IMG/VR virus record: IMGVR_UViG_2529292723_000011
Source: a virus
Lineage: Duplodnaviria > Heunggongvirae > Uroviricota > Caudoviricetes
Reading direction: 5' to 3' (one strand)
Length of the DNA stretch: 43,489 nt
Shown: in pieces, positions 19,440 through 34,114 of the stretch
Numbering within the stretch: the first letter of the stretch is position 1
Layout of the letters: each line of letters starts with the position of its first letter
Made by a program: the position numbers and the translations under genes
The notes under the pieces: model-generated
What the model was told of the DNA's origin: nothing
Database searches by the model: none
The model's input: the letters and a program-made list of their open reading frames with translations, nothing else

Positions 19440-19959
19440 ATGGAAGTCAACAAAAAGCAGCTGGCTGACATTTTCGGTGCGAGTATCCGTACCATTCAGA
19501 ACTGGCAGGAACAGGGAATGCCCGTTCTGCGAGGCGGTGGCAAGGGTAATGAGGTGCTTTATGACTCTGCCGCCGTCATAAAATGGTATGCCGAAAGGGA
19601 TGCTGAAATTGAGAACGAAAAGCTGCGCCGGGAGGTTGAAGAACTGCGGCAGGCCAGCGAGGCAGATCTCCAGCCAGGAACTATTGAGTACGAACGCCAT
19701 CGACTTACGCGTGCGCAGGCCGACGCACAGGAACTGAAGAATGCCAGAGACTCCGCTGAAGTGGTGGAAACCGCATTCTGTACTTTCGTGTTGTCGCGGA
19801 TCGCAGGTGAAATTGCCAGTATTCTCGACGGGCTCCCCCTGTCGGTGCAGCGGCGTTTTCCGGAACTGGAAAACCGACATGTTGATTTCCTGAAACGGGA
19901 TATCATCAAAGCCATGAACAAAGCAGCCGCGCTGGATGAACTGATATCGGGGTTGCTGA

Positions 19960-19985
<26 letters not shown>
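19440..19985 (+). CDS. nu1: Terminase small subunit Nu1
   Basis: MEVNKKQLADIFGASIRTIQNWQEQGMPVLRGGGKGNEVLYDSAAVIKWYAERDAEIENEKLRREVEELRQASE... is near-identical to lambda Nu1. Confidence 0.95.
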
Positions 19986-23666
<3,681 letters not shown>

Positions 23667-23686
<20 letters not shown>

Positions 23687-24548
23687 TCTCCCGCATATTG
23701 CCAGCATGGCTTTTAATGAGCCGCTGATGCTTGAACCCGCCTATGCGCGGGTTTTCTTTTGTGCGCTTGCAGGCCAGCTTGGGATCAGCCGCCTGACGGA
23801 TGCGGTGTCCGGTGACAGCCTGACTGCCCAGGAGACACTCGCGCCGCTGGCGTTATCCGGTGATGATGACGGACCACGACAGGCCCGCAGTTATCAGGTC
23901 ATGAACGGCATCGCCGTGCTGTCGGTGTCCGGCACGCTGGTCAGCCGGACGCGGGCGCTGCAGCCGTATTCGGGAATGACCGGTTACAACGGCATTATCG
24001 CCCGTCTGCAACAGGCTGCCAGCGATCCGATGGTGGACGGCATTCTGCTCGATATGGACACACCGGGCGGGATGGTGGCGGGAGCATTTGACTGTGCTGA
24101 CATCATCGCCCGTGTGCGAGACATAAAACCGGTATGGGCGCTGGCCAACGACATGAACTGCAGTGCAGGTCAGCTGCTTGCCAGCGCCGCCTCCCGGCGT
24201 CTGGTCACGCAGACCGCCCGGACAGGCTCCATCGGCGTCATGATGGCTCACAGTAATTACGGTGCTGCCCTGGAGAAACAGGGCGTGGAAATCACGCTGA
24301 TTTACAGCGGCAGCCATAAGGTGGATGGCAATCCTTACAGCCATCTTCCGGATGACGTCCGGGAGACACTGCAGTCCCGGATGGACGCAACCCGCCGGAT
24401 GTTTGCGCAGAAGGTGTCGGCATATACCGGCCTGTCTGTGCAGGCTGTGCTGGATACCGAGGCTGCAGTGTACAGCGGTCAGGAGGCCATTGATGCCGGA
24501 CTGGCTGATGAACTTGTAACAGCACCGATGCGATCACCGTATGCGTGA
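23667..24548 (+). CDS. C: Prohead protease/scaffold C, N-terminal 293 codons only (GTG start); frame breaks before the Nu3-equivalent part
   Basis: VTAELRNLPHIASMAFNEPLMLEPAYARVFFCALAGQ... matches lambda C; reading frame ends at 24546-24548, whereas lambda C continues in frame through Nu3. Confidence 0.8.
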
Positions 24549-24587
24549 TGCACTGGATGCACTAAATCCCGTCTCTCAGGAGGGCGA

Positions 24588-24985
24588 ATGACCAAAGAGA
24601 CTCAATCAACAACTGTTTCAGCCACTGCTTCGCAGGCTGACGTTACTGAGTGGTGCCAGCGACGGAGGGCGAAAACGCCAGCGCGGCGCAGCCGGACGTG
24701 AACGCGCAGATCACCGCAGCGGTTGCGGCAGAAAACAGCCGCATTATGGGGATCCTCAACTGTGAGGAGGCTCACGGACGCGAAGAACAGGCATGCGTGC
24801 TGGCCGAAACCCCCGGTATGACCGTGGAAACGGCCCGCCGCATTCTGGCTGCAGCACCACAGAGTGCACAGGCGCGCAGTGACACTGCGCTGGATCGTCT
24901 GATGCAGGGGGCACCGGCACCGCTGGCTGCAGGTAACCCGGCATCTGATGCCGTTAACGATTTGCTGAACACACCAGTGTAAGGG
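24588..24985 (+). pseudogene. nu3: C-terminal (Nu3-equivalent) part of C in shifted frames: MTKETQSTTVSATASQADVT... in frame 0, then ...VPATEGENASAAQPDVNAQ... in frame 2 (ORF 24650-24982)
   Basis: The two ORF-track pieces are in different frames (start positions differ mod 3), and the downstream genes sit 4 bp short of the lambda offset, indicating several single-base deletions between about 24515 and 24650. Confidence 0.6.
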
Positions 24986-24991
24986 ATGTTT

Positions 24992-25324
24992 ATGACGAGC
25001 AAAGAAACCTTTACCCATTACCAGCCGCTGGGCAACAGTGACCCGGCTCATACCGCAACCGCGCCCGGCGGGTTGAGTGCGAAAGCGCCTGCAATGACCC
25101 CGCTGATGCTGGACACCTCCACCCGTAAGCTGGTTGCGTGGGATGGCACCACCGACGGTGCTGCCGTTGGCATTCTGGCGGTTGCTGCTGACCAGACCAG
25201 CACCACACTGACGTTCTACAAGTCCGGCTCGTTCCGTTATGAGGATGTGCTCTGGCCGGAGGCTGCCAGCGACGAGACTAAAAAACGGACCGCGTTTGCC
25301 GGAACGGCAATCAGCATCGTTTAA
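24992..25324 (+). CDS. D: Head decoration protein D
   Basis: [43 protein letters not shown]... matches lambda gpD. Confidence 0.9.
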   Translation: MTSKETFTHYQPLGNSDPAHTATAPGGLSAKAPAMTPLMLDTSTRKLVAWDGTTDGAAVGILAVAADQTSTTLTFYKSGSFRYEDVLWPEAASDETKKRTAFAGTAISIV

Positions 25325-25379
25325 TCTTCCCCTTCATCAACAAAGGCCGCCTGTGCGGCTTTTTTTATGGAAATAATTT

Positions 25380-26405
25380 ATGTCGATGTACACAACCGCC
25401 CAGCTGCTGGCGGCAAATGAGCAGAAATTTAAGTTTGATCCGCTGTTTCTGCGTCTCTTTTTCCGTGAGAGCTATCCCTTCACCACGGAGAAAGTCTATC
25501 TCTCACAAATTCCTGGACTGGTAAACATGGCGCTGTACGTTTCGCCAATTGTTTCCGGTGAGGTTATCCGTTCCCGTGGCGGCTCCACCTCTGAATTTAC
25601 GCCGGGTTATGTCAAGCCGAAGCATGAGGTGAATCCGCAGATGACCCTGCGTCGCCTGCCGGATGAAGATCCGCAGAATCTGGCGGACCCGGCTTACCGC
25701 CGCCGTCGCATCATCCTGCAGAACATGCGTGACGAAGAGCTGGCCATTGCTCAGGTCGAAGAGATGCAGGCAGTTTCTGCCGTGCTCAAGGGCAAATACA
25801 CCATGACCGGTGAAGCCTTCGATCCGGTTGAGGTGGATATGGGCCGCAGTGCGGCGAACAACATCACGCAGTCCGGCGGCACGGAGTGGAGCAAGCGTGA
25901 CAAGTCCACGTATGACCCGACCGACGATATCGAAGCCTACGCGCTGAACGCCAGCGGCGTGGTGAATATCATCGTGTTTGACCCGAAAGGCTGGGCGCTG
26001 TTCCGTTCCTTCAAAGCCGTCAAGGAGAAGCTGGATACCCGTCGCGGCTCTCATTCCGAGCTGGAGACAGCGGTAAAAGACCTGGGCGAAGCGGTGTCCT
26101 ATAAGGGGATGTATGGCGATACGGCGATCGTCGTGTATTCCGGACAGTACGTGGAAAACGACGTCAAAAAGAACTTCCTGCCGGACAACACGATGGTGCT
26201 GGGGAACACTCAGGCACGCGGTCTGCGCACCTATGGCTGCATTCAGGATGCGGACGCACAGCGCGAAGGCATTAACGCCTCTGCCCGCTACCCGAAAAAC
26301 TGGGTGACCACCGGCGATCCGGCGCGTGAGTTCACCATGATTCAGTCAGCACCGCTGATGCTGCTGGCTGATCCTGATGCGTTCGTGTCCGTACAACTGG
26401 CGTAA
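25380..26405 (+). CDS. E: Major capsid protein E (341 aa)
   Basis: MSMYTTAQLLAANEQKFKFDPLFLRLFFRESYPFTTEKVYLSQIPGLVNMALYVSPIVSGEVIRSRGG... matches lambda gpE. Confidence 0.95.
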   Translation: MSMYTTAQLLAANEQKFKFDPLFLRLFFRESYPFTTEKVYLSQIPGLVNMALYVSPIVSGEVIRSRGGSTSEFTPGYVKPKHEVNPQMTLRRLPDEDPQNLADPAYRRRRIILQNMRDEELAIAQVEEMQAVSAVLKGKYTMTGEAFDPVEVDMGRSAANNITQSGGTEWSKRDKSTYDPTDDIEAYALNASGVVNIIVFDPKGWALFRSFKAVKEKLDTRRGSHSELETAVKDLGEAVSYKGMYGDTAIVVYSGQYVENDVKKNFLPDNTMVLGNTQARGLRTYGCIQDADAQREGINASARYPKNWVTTGDPAREFTMIQSAPLMLLADPDAFVSVQLA

Positions 26406-26446
26406 TCATGGCCCTTCGGGGCCATTTTCTCTCTGTGGAGGAGTCC

Positions 26447-26842
26447 ATGACGAAAGATGAACTGATTGCCCGTCTTCAGGTGCTGGGTGAGCAACTGAAC
26501 CGTGATGTCAGCCTGACGGGGACGAAAGAAGAACTGGTGCTCCGTGTGGCAGAGCTGGAAGAGGAGCTTGATGACACGGATGACGCTGCCGGTCAGGACA
26601 CATCTGTCAGCCCGGAAAATGCGCTGACCGGACATGAAAATGAGGTGGTATCAGCGCAGCCGGATACCGTGATTGATACGGCTGCTCTGGTCACGGTCGT
26701 GGCACTGGTGACGCTGCATACTGATGCACTTCACGCCACGCGGGATGAGCCTGTGGCATTTGTGCTGCCGGGAACGGCGTTTCGTGTCTCTGCCGGTGTG
26801 GCAGCCGAAATGACAGAACATGGCCTGGCCAGAATGCAATAA
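26447..26842 (+). CDS. FI: DNA-packaging protein FI
   Basis: MTKDELIARLQVLGEQLNRDVSLTGTKEELVLRVAELEEELDDTDD... matches lambda FI. Confidence 0.85.
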   Translation: MTKDELIARLQVLGEQLNRDVSLTGTKEELVLRVAELEEELDDTDDAAGQDTSVSPENALTGHENEVVSAQPDTVIDTAALVTVVALVTLHTDALHATRDEPVAFVLPGTAFRVSAGVAAEMTEHGLARMQ

Positions 26843-26853
26843 CGGGAGGCGCT

Positions 26854-27204
26854 GTGGCTGATTCGATAACCTGTTCGATGCTGCCATTGCCCGCGCGATG
26901 AAACGATACGCGGGTACATGGGAACGTCAGCCACCATGACATCCGGTGAGCGTCCGGTGCTGTGATACGTGGTGTTTTTGATGACCCTGAAAATATCAGC
27001 TATGCCGGACAGGGCGTGCGCGTTGAAGGCTCCAGCCCGTCCCTGTTTGTCCGGACTGATGAGGTGCGGCAGCTGCGGCGTGGAGACACGCTGACCATCG
27101 GTGAGGAAAACTTCTGGATAGACCGGGTTTCGCCGGATGATGGCGGAAGCTGTCATCTCTGGCTTGGGCGTGGCGTGCCGCCTGCCGTTAACCGTCGCCG
27201 CTGA
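26854..27204 (+). pseudogene. FII: Head-tail connector FII, frame-disrupted at the N-terminus; only the C-terminal 80 codons (26962-27204) are in one frame
   Basis: From the GTG at 26854 the frame reads MADSITCSMLPLPAR then stops; the ORF-track piece MIRGVFDDPENISYAGQGVRVEGSSPSLFVRTDEVRQLRRGD... matches the lambda FII C-terminus. Confidence 0.7.
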
Positions 27205-27215
27205 AAGGGGGATGT

Positions 27216-27794
27216 ATGGCCATAAAAGGTCTTGAGCAGGCCGTTGAAAACCTCAGCCGTATCAGCAAAACGGCGGTGCCTGGTGCCGCCGCAATGGCCA
27301 TTAACCGCGTTGCGTCATCCGCGATATCGCAGTCTGCGTCACAGGTTGCCCGTGAGACAAAGGTACGCCGGAAACTGGTAAAGGAAAGGGCCAGGCTGAA
27401 AAGGGCCACGGTCAAAAATCCGCAGGCCAGAATCAGGGTTAACCGGGGGGATTTGCCCGTAATCAGGCTGGGTAACGCGCGGGTTGTCCTTTCCCGCCGC
27501 AGGCGTCGTAAAAAGGGGCAGCGTTCATCCCTGAAAGGTGGCGGCAGCGTGCTTGTGGTGGGAAACCGTCGTATTCCCGGCGCGTTTATTCAGCAACTGA
27601 AAAATGGCCGGTGGCATGTCATGCAGCGTGTGGCCGGGAAAAACCGTTACCCCATTGATGTGGTGAAAATCCCGATGGCGGTGCCGCTGACCACGGCGTT
27701 TAAACAGAATATTGAGCGGATACGGCGTGAGCGTCTTCCGAAAGAGCTGGGCTATGCGCTGCAGCATCAACTGAGAATGGTAATAAAGCGATGA
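27216..27794 (+). CDS. Z: Tail completion protein Z
   Basis: MAIKGLEQAVENLSRISKTAVPGAAAMAINRVASSAISQ... matches lambda gpZ. Confidence 0.9.
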   Translation: MAIKGLEQAVENLSRISKTAVPGAAAMAINRVASSAISQSASQVARETKVRRKLVKERARLKRATVKNPQARIRVNRGDLPVIRLGNARVVLSRRRRRKKGQRSSLKGGGSVLVVGNRRIPGAFIQQLKNGRWHVMQRVAGKNRYPIDVVKIPMAVPLTTAFKQNIERIRRERLPKELGYALQHQLRMVIKR

Positions 27795-28186
27795 AACATA
27801 CTGAACTCCGTGCAGCCGTACTGGATGCACTGGAGAAGCATGACACCGGGGCGACGCTTTTTGATGGTCGCCCCGCTGTTTTTGATGAGGAAGATTTTCC
27901 GGCAATTGCCGTTTATCTCACCGGCGCTGAATACACGGGCGAAGAGCTGGACAGTGATACCTGGCAGGCGGAGCTGCATATTGAAGTTTTCCTGCCTGCT
28001 CAGGTGCCGGATTCAGAGCTGGATTCGTGGATGGAGTCCCGGATTTATCCGGTGATGAGCGATGTCCCGGCACTGTCAGATTTGATCACCAGTATGGTGG
28101 CCAGTGGCTATGACTACCGGCGCGACGATGATGCGGGCCTGTGGAGTTCAGCCGATCTGACTTATGTCATTACCTATGAAATGTGA
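27791..28186 (+). CDS. U: Tail terminator U
   Basis: [54 protein letters not shown]... matches lambda gpU. Confidence 0.9.
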   Translation: MKHTELRAAVLDALEKHDTGATLFDGRPAVFDEEDFPAIAVYLTGAEYTGEELDSDTWQAELHIEVFLPAQVPDSELDSWMESRIYPVMSDVPALSDLITSMVASGYDYRRDDDAGLWSSADLTYVITYEM

Positions 28187-28193
28187 GGACGAT

Positions 28194-28934
28194 ATGCCTG
28201 TACCAAATCCAGTAATGCCGGTGAAAGGGGCCGGGACCACACTGTGGGTTTATAAGGGGAACGGTGACCCTTATGCGAACCCGCTTTCAGACGTTGACTG
28301 GTCGCGTCTGGCTAAAGTTAAAGACCTGACGCCCGGCGAACTGACCGCTGAGTCCTATGACGACAGCTATCTCGATGATGAAGATGCGGACTGGACTGCG
28401 ACCGGGCAGGGGCAGAAATCTGCCGGAGATACCAGCTTCACGCTGGCGTGGATGCCCGGAGAGCAGGGGCAGCAGGCGCTGCTGGCGTGGTTTAATGAAG
28501 GGGATACCCGTGCCTATAAAATCCGCTTCCCGAACGGCACGGTCGATGTGTTCCGCGGCTGGGTCAGCAGTATCGGTAAGGCGGTGACGGCGAAGGAAGT
28601 GATCACCCGCACGGTGAAAGTCACCAACGTGGGCCGTCCGTCGATGGCAGAAGATCGCAGCACGGTGACGGCGACAACCGGCATGACTGTGACGCCTGCC
28701 AGCACCTCGGTGGTGAAAGGGCAGAGCACCACGCTGACCGTGGCATTCCAGCCGGAAGGCGCAACCGACAAGAGCTTCCGTGCGGTGTCTGCGGATAAAA
28801 CAAAAGCCACCGTGTCGGTCAGTGGTATGACCATCACCGTGAAAGGTGTTGCTGCAGGCAAGGTCAACATTCCGGTCGTATCCGGTAATGGTGAACTTGC
28901 TGCGGTTGCAGAAATCAACGTCACCGCCAGTTAA
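28194..28934 (+). CDS. V: Major tail tube protein V with C-terminal Ig-like domain
   Basis: [67 protein letters not shown]... matches lambda gpV. Confidence 0.95.
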   Translation: MPVPNPVMPVKGAGTTLWVYKGNGDPYANPLSDVDWSRLAKVKDLTPGELTAESYDDSYLDDEDADWTATGQGQKSAGDTSFTLAWMPGEQGQQALLAWFNEGDTRAYKIRFPNGTVDVFRGWVSSIGKAVTAKEVITRTVKVTNVGRPSMAEDRSTVTATTGMTVTPASTSVVKGQSTTLTVAFQPEGATDKSFRAVSADKTKATVSVSGMTITVKGVAAGKVNIPVVSGNGELAAVAEINVTAS

Positions 28935-28949
28935 TCCGGAGAGTCAGAG

Positions 28950-29372
28950 ATGTTCCTGAAAACCGAATCATTTGAACATAACGGTGTGACCGTCACGCTT
29001 TCTGAACTGTCAGCCCTGCAGCGTATTGAGCATCTCGCCCTGATGAAACGGCAGGCAGAACAGGCGGAGTCAGACAGCAACCGGAAGTTTACTGTGGAAG
29101 ACGCCATCAGAACCGGCGCGTTTCTGGTGGCGATGTCCCTGTGGCATAACCATCCGAAGAAGACAAAGCTGCCTTCCATGAATGAAGCCGTTAAACAGAT
29201 TGAGCAGGAAGTGCTTACCACCTGGCCCACGGAGGCAATTTCTCATGCTGAAAACGTGGTGTACCGGCTGTCCGGTATGTATGAGTTTGTGGTGAATGAT
29301 GCTCCTGAACAGACAGAGGACGCCGGGCCTGCAGAGCCTGTTTCTGCGGGAAAGTGTTCGATGGTGAGCTGA
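28950..29372 (+). CDS. G: Tail assembly chaperone G
   Basis: MFLKTESFEHNGVTVTLSELSALQRIEHLALMKRQAEQAESDSNRKFTVEDAIRTGAFLVAMSLWHNHPKK... matches lambda gpG. Confidence 0.9.
   Translation: MFLKTESFEHNGVTVTLSELSALQRIEHLALMKRQAEQAESDSNRKFTVEDAIRTGAFLVAMSLWHNHPKKTKLPSMNEAVKQIEQEVLTTWPTEAISHAENVVYRLSGMYEFVVNDAPEQTEDAGPAEPVSAGKCSMVS
29347..29353 (+). other. Programmed -1 ribosomal frameshift slippery heptamer GGGAAAG (G to G-T fusion)
   Basis: GGGAAAG lies at the end of G, where the T frame (29354-29788) opens in -1; conserved lambda G-T recoding signal. Confidence 0.7.
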
Positions 29373-29788
29373 GTTTTGCCCTGAAACTGGCGCGAGAGAT
29401 GGGGCGACCCGACTGGCGTGCCATGCTTGCCGGGATGTCATCCACGGAGTATGCCGACTGGCACCGCTTTTACAGTACCCATTATTTTCATGATGTTCTG
29501 CTGGATATGCACTTTTCCGGGCTGACGTACACCGTGCTCAGCCTGTTTTTCAGCGATCCGGATATGCATCCGCTGGATTTCAGTCTGCTGAACCGGCGCG
29601 AGGCTGACGAAGAGCCTGAAGATGATGTGCTGATGCAGAAAGCGGCAGGGCTTGCCGGAGGTGTCCGCTTTGGCCCGGACGGGAATGAAGTTATCCCCGC
29701 TTCCCCGGATGTGGCGGACATGACGGAGGATGACGTAATGCTGATGACAGTATCAGAAGGGATCGCAGGAGGAGTCCGGTATGGCTGA
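29354..29788 (+). CDS. T: T portion of the G-T frameshift product (tail assembly chaperone)
   Basis: ...LSFALKLAREMGRPDWRAMLAGMSSTEYADWHRFYSTHYFHDVLLDMHFSGLTYTVL... matches lambda gpT; no independent start is expected. Confidence 0.85.
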   Translation: MFDGELSFALKLAREMGRPDWRAMLAGMSSTEYADWHRFYSTHYFHDVLLDMHFSGLTYTVLSLFFSDPDMHPLDFSLLNRREADEEPEDDVLMQKAAGLAGGVRFGPDGNEVIPASPDVADMTEDDVMLMTVSEGIAGGVRYG

Positions 29789-32342
29789 ACCGGTAGGCGA
29801 TCTGGTCGTTGATTTGAGTCTGGATGCGGCCAGATTTGACGAGCAGATGGCCAGAGTCAGGCGTCATTTTTCCGGTACGGAAAGTGATGCGAAAAAAACA
29901 GCGGCAGTCGTTGAACAGTCGCTGAGCCGACAGGCGCTGGCTGCACAGAAAGCGGGGATTTCCGTCGGGCAGTACAAAGCCGCCATGCGTATGCTGCCTG
30001 CACAGTTCACCGACGTGGCCACGCAGCTTGCAGGCGGGCAAAGTCCGTGGCTGATCCTGCTGCAACAGGGGGGGCAGGTTAAGGACTCCTTCGGCGGGAT
30101 GATCCCCATGTTCAGGGGGCTTGCCGGTGCGTTCACCCTGCCGATGGTGGGGGCCACCTCGCTGGCGGTAGCGACCGGTGCGCTGGCGTATGCCTGGTAT
30201 CAGGGCAACTCAACCCTGTCCGATTTCAACAAAACGCTGGTCCTTTCCGGTCATCAGTCGGGTCTGACGGCAGATCGTATGCTGGTCCTGTCCAGAGCCG
30301 GGCAGGCGGCAGGGCTGACGTTTAACCAGACCAGCGAGTCACTCAGCGCACTGGTTAAGGCGGGGGTAAGCGGTGAGGCTCAGATTGCGTCCATCAGCCA
30401 GAGTGTGGCGCGTTTCTCCTCTGCATCCGGCGTGGAGGTGGACAAGGTCGCTGAAGCCTTCGGGAAGCTGACCACAGACCCGACGTCAGGGCTGACAGCG
30501 ATGGCGCGCCAGTTCCATAACGTGACGGCGGAGCAGATTGCGTATGTTGCTCAGTTGCAGCGTTCCGGCGATGAAGCCGGGGCATTGCAGGCGGCGAACG
30601 AAGCCGCAACGAAAGGGTTTGATGACCAGACCCGCCGCCTGAAAGAGAACATGGGCACGCTGGAGACCTGGGCAGACAGGACAGCGCGGGCATTCAAATC
30701 CATGTGGGATGCGGTGCTGGATATTGGTCGTCCTGATACCGCGCAGGAGATGCTGATTAAGGCAGAGGCTGCGTTTAAGAAAGCAGACGACATCTGGAAT
30801 CTGCGCAAGGATGATTATTTTGTTAACGATGAAGCGCGGGCGCGTTACTGGGATGATCGTGAAAAGGCCCGTCTTGCGCTTGAAGCCGCCCGAAAGAAGG
30901 CTGAGCAGCAGACTCAACAGGACAAAAATGCGCAGCAGCAGAGCGATACCGAAGCGTCACGGCTGAAATATACCGAAGAGGCGCAGAAGGCTTACGAACG
31001 GCTGCAGACGCCGCTGGAGAAATATACCGCCCGTCAGGAAGAACTGAACAAGGCACTGAAAGACGGGAAAATCCTGCAGGCGGATTACAACACGCTGATG
31101 GCGGCGGCGAAAAAGGATTATGAAGCGACGCTGAAAAAGCCGAAACAGTCCGGCGTGAAGGTGTCTGCGGGCGATCGTCAGGAAGACAGTGCTCATGCTG
31201 CCCTGCTGACGCTTCAGGCAGAACTCCGGACGCTGGAGAAGCATGCCGGAGCGAATGAGAAAATCAGCCAGCAGCGCCGGGATTTGTGGAAGGCGGAGAG
31301 TCAGTTCGCGGTACTGGAGGAGGCGGCGCAACGTCGCCAGCTGTCTGCACAGGAGAAATCCCTGCTGGCGCATAAAGATGAGACGCTGGAGTACAAACGC
31401 CAGCTGGCTGCACTTGGCGACAAGGTTACGTATCAGGAGCGCCTGAACGCGCTGGCGCAGCAGGCGGATAAATTCGCACAGCAGCAACGGGCAAAACGGG
31501 CCGCCATTGATGCGAAAAGCCGGGGGCTGACTGACCGGCAGGCAGAACGGGAAGCCACGGAACAGCGCCTGAAGGAACAGTATGGCGATAATCCGCTGGC
31601 GCTGAATAACGTCATGTCAGAGCAGAAAAAGACCTGGGCGGCTGAAGACCAGCTTCGCGGGAGCTGGATGGCAGGCCTGAAGTCCGGCTGGAGTGAGTGG
31701 GAAGAGAGCGCCACGGACAGTATGTCGCAGGTTAAAAGTGCAGCCACGCAGACCTTTGATGGTATTGCACAGAATATGGCGGCGATGCTGACCGGCAGTG
31801 AGCAGAACTGGCGCAGCTTCACCCGTTCCGTGCTGTCCATGATGACAGAAATTCTGCTTAAGCAGGCAATGGTGGGGATTGTCGGGAGTATCGGCAGCGC
31901 CATTGGCGGTGCTGCCAGTGGTGGAGCATCCGCGTCAGGCGGTACAGCCATTCAGGCCGCTGCGGCGAAATTCCATTTTGCGACCGGGGGATTTACGGGA
32001 ACCGGCGGCAAATATGAGCCAGCGGGGATTGTTCACCGTGGTGAATTTGTCTTCACGAAGGAGGCAACCAGCCGGATTGGTGTCGGCAACCTGTACCGCC
32101 TGATGCGGGGCTATGCGGAAGGTGGTTATGTGGGCGGTGCCGGAAGTCCGGCGCAGATGCGGCGGGCTGAAGGCATTAATTTTAATCAGAACAATCACGT
32201 GGTGATTCAGAACGACGGTACGAATGGTCTGCCAGGTCCACAGATGATGAAGGCAGTGTATGACATGGCCCGCAAGGGTGCCCGTGATGAAATTCAGACA
32301 CAGATGCGTGATGGTGGCCTGTTCTCCGGAGGTGGACGATGA
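29781..32342 (+). CDS. H: Tape measure protein H (853 aa)
   Basis: MAEPVGDLVVDLSLDAARFDEQMARVRRHFSGTESDAKKTAAVVEQSLSRQALAAQKAGISVGQYKAAMRMLPAQFTDVATQ... matches lambda gpH. Confidence 0.95.
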   Translation: MAEPVGDLVVDLSLDAARFDEQMARVRRHFSGTESDAKKTAAVVEQSLSRQALAAQKAGISVGQYKAAMRMLPAQFTDVATQLAGGQSPWLILLQQGGQVKDSFGGMIPMFRGLAGAFTLPMVGATSLAVATGALAYAWYQGNSTLSDFNKTLVLSGHQSGLTADRMLVLSRAGQAAGLTFNQTSESLSALVKAGVSGEAQIASISQSVARFSSASGVEVDKVAEAFGKLTTDPTSGLTAMARQFHNVTAEQIAYVAQLQRSGDEAGALQAANEAATKGFDDQTRRLKENMGTLETWADRTARAFKSMWDAVLDIGRPDTAQEMLIKAEAAFKKADDIWNLRKDDYFVNDEARARYWDDREKARLALEAARKKAEQQTQQDKNAQQQSDTEASRLKYTEEAQKAYERLQTPLEKYTARQEELNKALKDGKILQADYNTLMAAAKKDYEATLKKPKQSGVKVSAGDRQEDSAHAALLTLQAELRTLEKHAGANEKISQQRRDLWKAESQFAVLEEAAQRRQLSAQEKSLLAHKDETLEYKRQLAALGDKVTYQERLNALAQQADKFAQQQRAKRAAIDAKSRGLTDRQAEREATEQRLKEQYGDNPLALNNVMSEQKKTWAAEDQLRGSWMAGLKSGWSEWEESATDSMSQVKSAATQTFDGIAQNMAAMLTGSEQNWRSFTRSVLSMMTEILLKQAMVGIVGSIGSAIGGAASGGASASGGTAIQAAAAKFHFATGGFTGTGGKYEPAGIVHRGEFVFTKEATSRIGVGNLYRLMRGYAEGGYVGGAGSPAQMRRAEGINFNQNNHVVIQNDGTNGLPGPQMMKAVYDMARKGARDEIQTQMRDGGLFSGGGR

Positions 32343-32668
32343 AAACCTTCCGCTGGAAAGTGAAACCCGGTATGGATGTGGCTTCGGCCCCTTCTGTAAG
32401 AAAGGTGCGCTTTGGTGATGGCTATTCCCAGCGAGCGCCTGCCGGGCTGAATGCCAACCTGAAAACGTACAGCGTGACGCTTTCTGTCCCCCGTGAGGAG
32501 GCCACGGTACTGGAGTCGTTTCTGGAAGAGCACGGGGGCTGGAAAGCCTTTCTGTGGACGCCGCCTTATGAGTGGCGGCAGATAAAGGTGACCTGCGCAA
32601 AATGGTCGTCGCGGGTCAGTATGCTGCGTGTTGAGTTCAGCGCAGAGTTTGAACAGGTGGTGAACTGA
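32339..32668 (+). CDS. M: Minor tail protein M
   Basis: MKTFRWKVKPGMDVASAPSVRKVRFGDGYSQRAPAGLNANLKTYSVTLSVPREEATVLESFLEEHGGWK... matches lambda gpM. Confidence 0.9.
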   Translation: MKTFRWKVKPGMDVASAPSVRKVRFGDGYSQRAPAGLNANLKTYSVTLSVPREEATVLESFLEEHGGWKAFLWTPPYEWRQIKVTCAKWSSRVSMLRVEFSAEFEQVVN

Positions 32669-33366
32669 TGCAGGATATCCGGCAGGAAACACTGAATGAA
32701 TGCACCCGTGCGGAGCAGTCGGCCAGCGTGGTGCTCTGGGAAATCGACCTGACAGAGGTCGGTGGAGAACGTTATTTTTTCTGTAATGAGCTGAACGAAA
32801 AAGGTGAGCCGGTCACCTGGCAGGGGCGACAGTATCAGCCGTATCCCATTCAGGGGAGTGGTTTTGAACTGAATGGCAAAGGCACCAGTACGCGCCCCAC
32901 GCTGACGGTTTCTAACCTGTACGGTATGGTCACCGGGATGGCGGAAGATCTGCAGAGTCTGGTCGGCGGAACGGTGGTCCGGCGTAAGGTTTACGCCCGT
33001 TTTCTGGATGCGGTGAACTTCGTCAACGGAAACAGTTACGCCGATCCGGAGCAGGAGGTGATCAGCCGCTGGCGCATTGAGCAGTGCAGCGAACTGAGCG
33101 CGGTGAGTGCCTCCTTTGTACTGTCCACGCCGACGGAAACAGATGGCGCTGTTTTTCCGGGACGTATCATGCTGGCCAACACCTGCACCTGGACCTATCG
33201 CGGTGACGAGTGCGGTTATAGCGGTCCGGCTGTCGCGGATGAATATGACCAGCCAACGTCCGATATCACGAAGGATAAATGCAGCAAATGCCTGAGCGGT
33301 TGTAAGTTCCGCAATAACGTCGGCAACTTTGGCGGCTTCCTTTCCATTAACAAACTTTCGCAGTAA
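32668..33366 (+). CDS. L: Minor tail protein L
   Basis: MQDIRQETLNECTRAEQSASVVLWEIDLTEVGGERYFFCNELNEKGEPVTWQGRQYQPYPIQGSGFELNGKG... matches lambda gpL. Confidence 0.9.
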   Translation: MQDIRQETLNECTRAEQSASVVLWEIDLTEVGGERYFFCNELNEKGEPVTWQGRQYQPYPIQGSGFELNGKGTSTRPTLTVSNLYGMVTGMAEDLQSLVGGTVVRRKVYARFLDAVNFVNGNSYADPEQEVISRWRIEQCSELSAVSASFVLSTPTETDGAVFPGRIMLANTCTWTYRGDECGYSGPAVADEYDQPTSDITKDKCSKCLSGCKFRNNVGNFGGFLSINKLSQ

Positions 33367-33371
33367 ATCCC

Positions 33372-34114
33372 ATGACACAGACAGAATCAGCGATTCTGGC
33401 GCACGCCCGGCGATGTGCGCCAGCGGAGTCGTGCGGCTTCGTGGTAAGCACGCCGGAGGGGGAAAGATATTTTCCCTGCGTGAATATCTCCGGTGAGCCG
33501 GAGGAGTATTTCCGGATGTCGCCGGAGGACTGGCTGCGGGCAGAGATGCAGGGTGAGATTGTGGCGCTGGTCCACAGCCACCCCGGTGGTCTGCCCTGGC
33601 TGAGTGAGACCGACCGGCGGCTGCAGGTGCAGAGTGATTTGCCGTGGTGGCTGGTTTGCCGGGGGGCGATTCACAAGTTCCGCTGTGTGCCACATCTTTC
33701 CGGGCGGCGCTTTGAGCACGGGGTGACGGACTGTTACACGCTGTTCCGGGATGCTTACCATCTGGCGGGGATTGAGATGCCGGATTTTCATCGCGAGGAT
33801 GACTGGTGGCGTAACGGTCAGAATCTCTATCTGGATAATCTGGAGGCCACAGGGCTGTATCAGGTGCCGTTGTCAGCGGCGCAGCCGGGCGATGTGCTGC
33901 TGTGCTGTTTTGGTCATCGGTGCCGAATCATGCCGCCATTTACTGTGGTGATGGCGAGCTGCTGCACCATATTCCTGAACAACTGAGCAAACGAGAGAGG
34001 TATACCGACAAATGGCAGCGACGCACACACTCCCTCTGGCGTCACCGGGCATGGCGCGCATCTGCCTTTACGGGGATTTGCAACGATTTGGCCGCCGCAT
34101 CGACCTTCGTGTGA
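33372..34114 (+). pseudogene. K: Tail tip assembly protein K (NlpC/P60-like), frame-disrupted near 33905: N-part 33372-33986 and C-part 33902-34114 in different frames
   Basis: N-part ...PGDVLLCCFG then off-frame HRCRIMPPF...; the second ORF carries the lambda K continuation SSVPNHAAIYCGDGELLHHIPEQLSKRERYTDKWQRRTHSLWRHRAWRASAFTGI.... Confidence 0.75.

Noticed and set aside
30957-33693. Long minus-strand ORFs (for example 30957-31487, 31433-31951, 31935-32600, 32566-33693)
   Set aside because: They lie antisense to the near-lambda H, M and L genes in GC-rich DNA, where open frames arise by chance; the plus-strand genes are near-identical to lambda as recalled.
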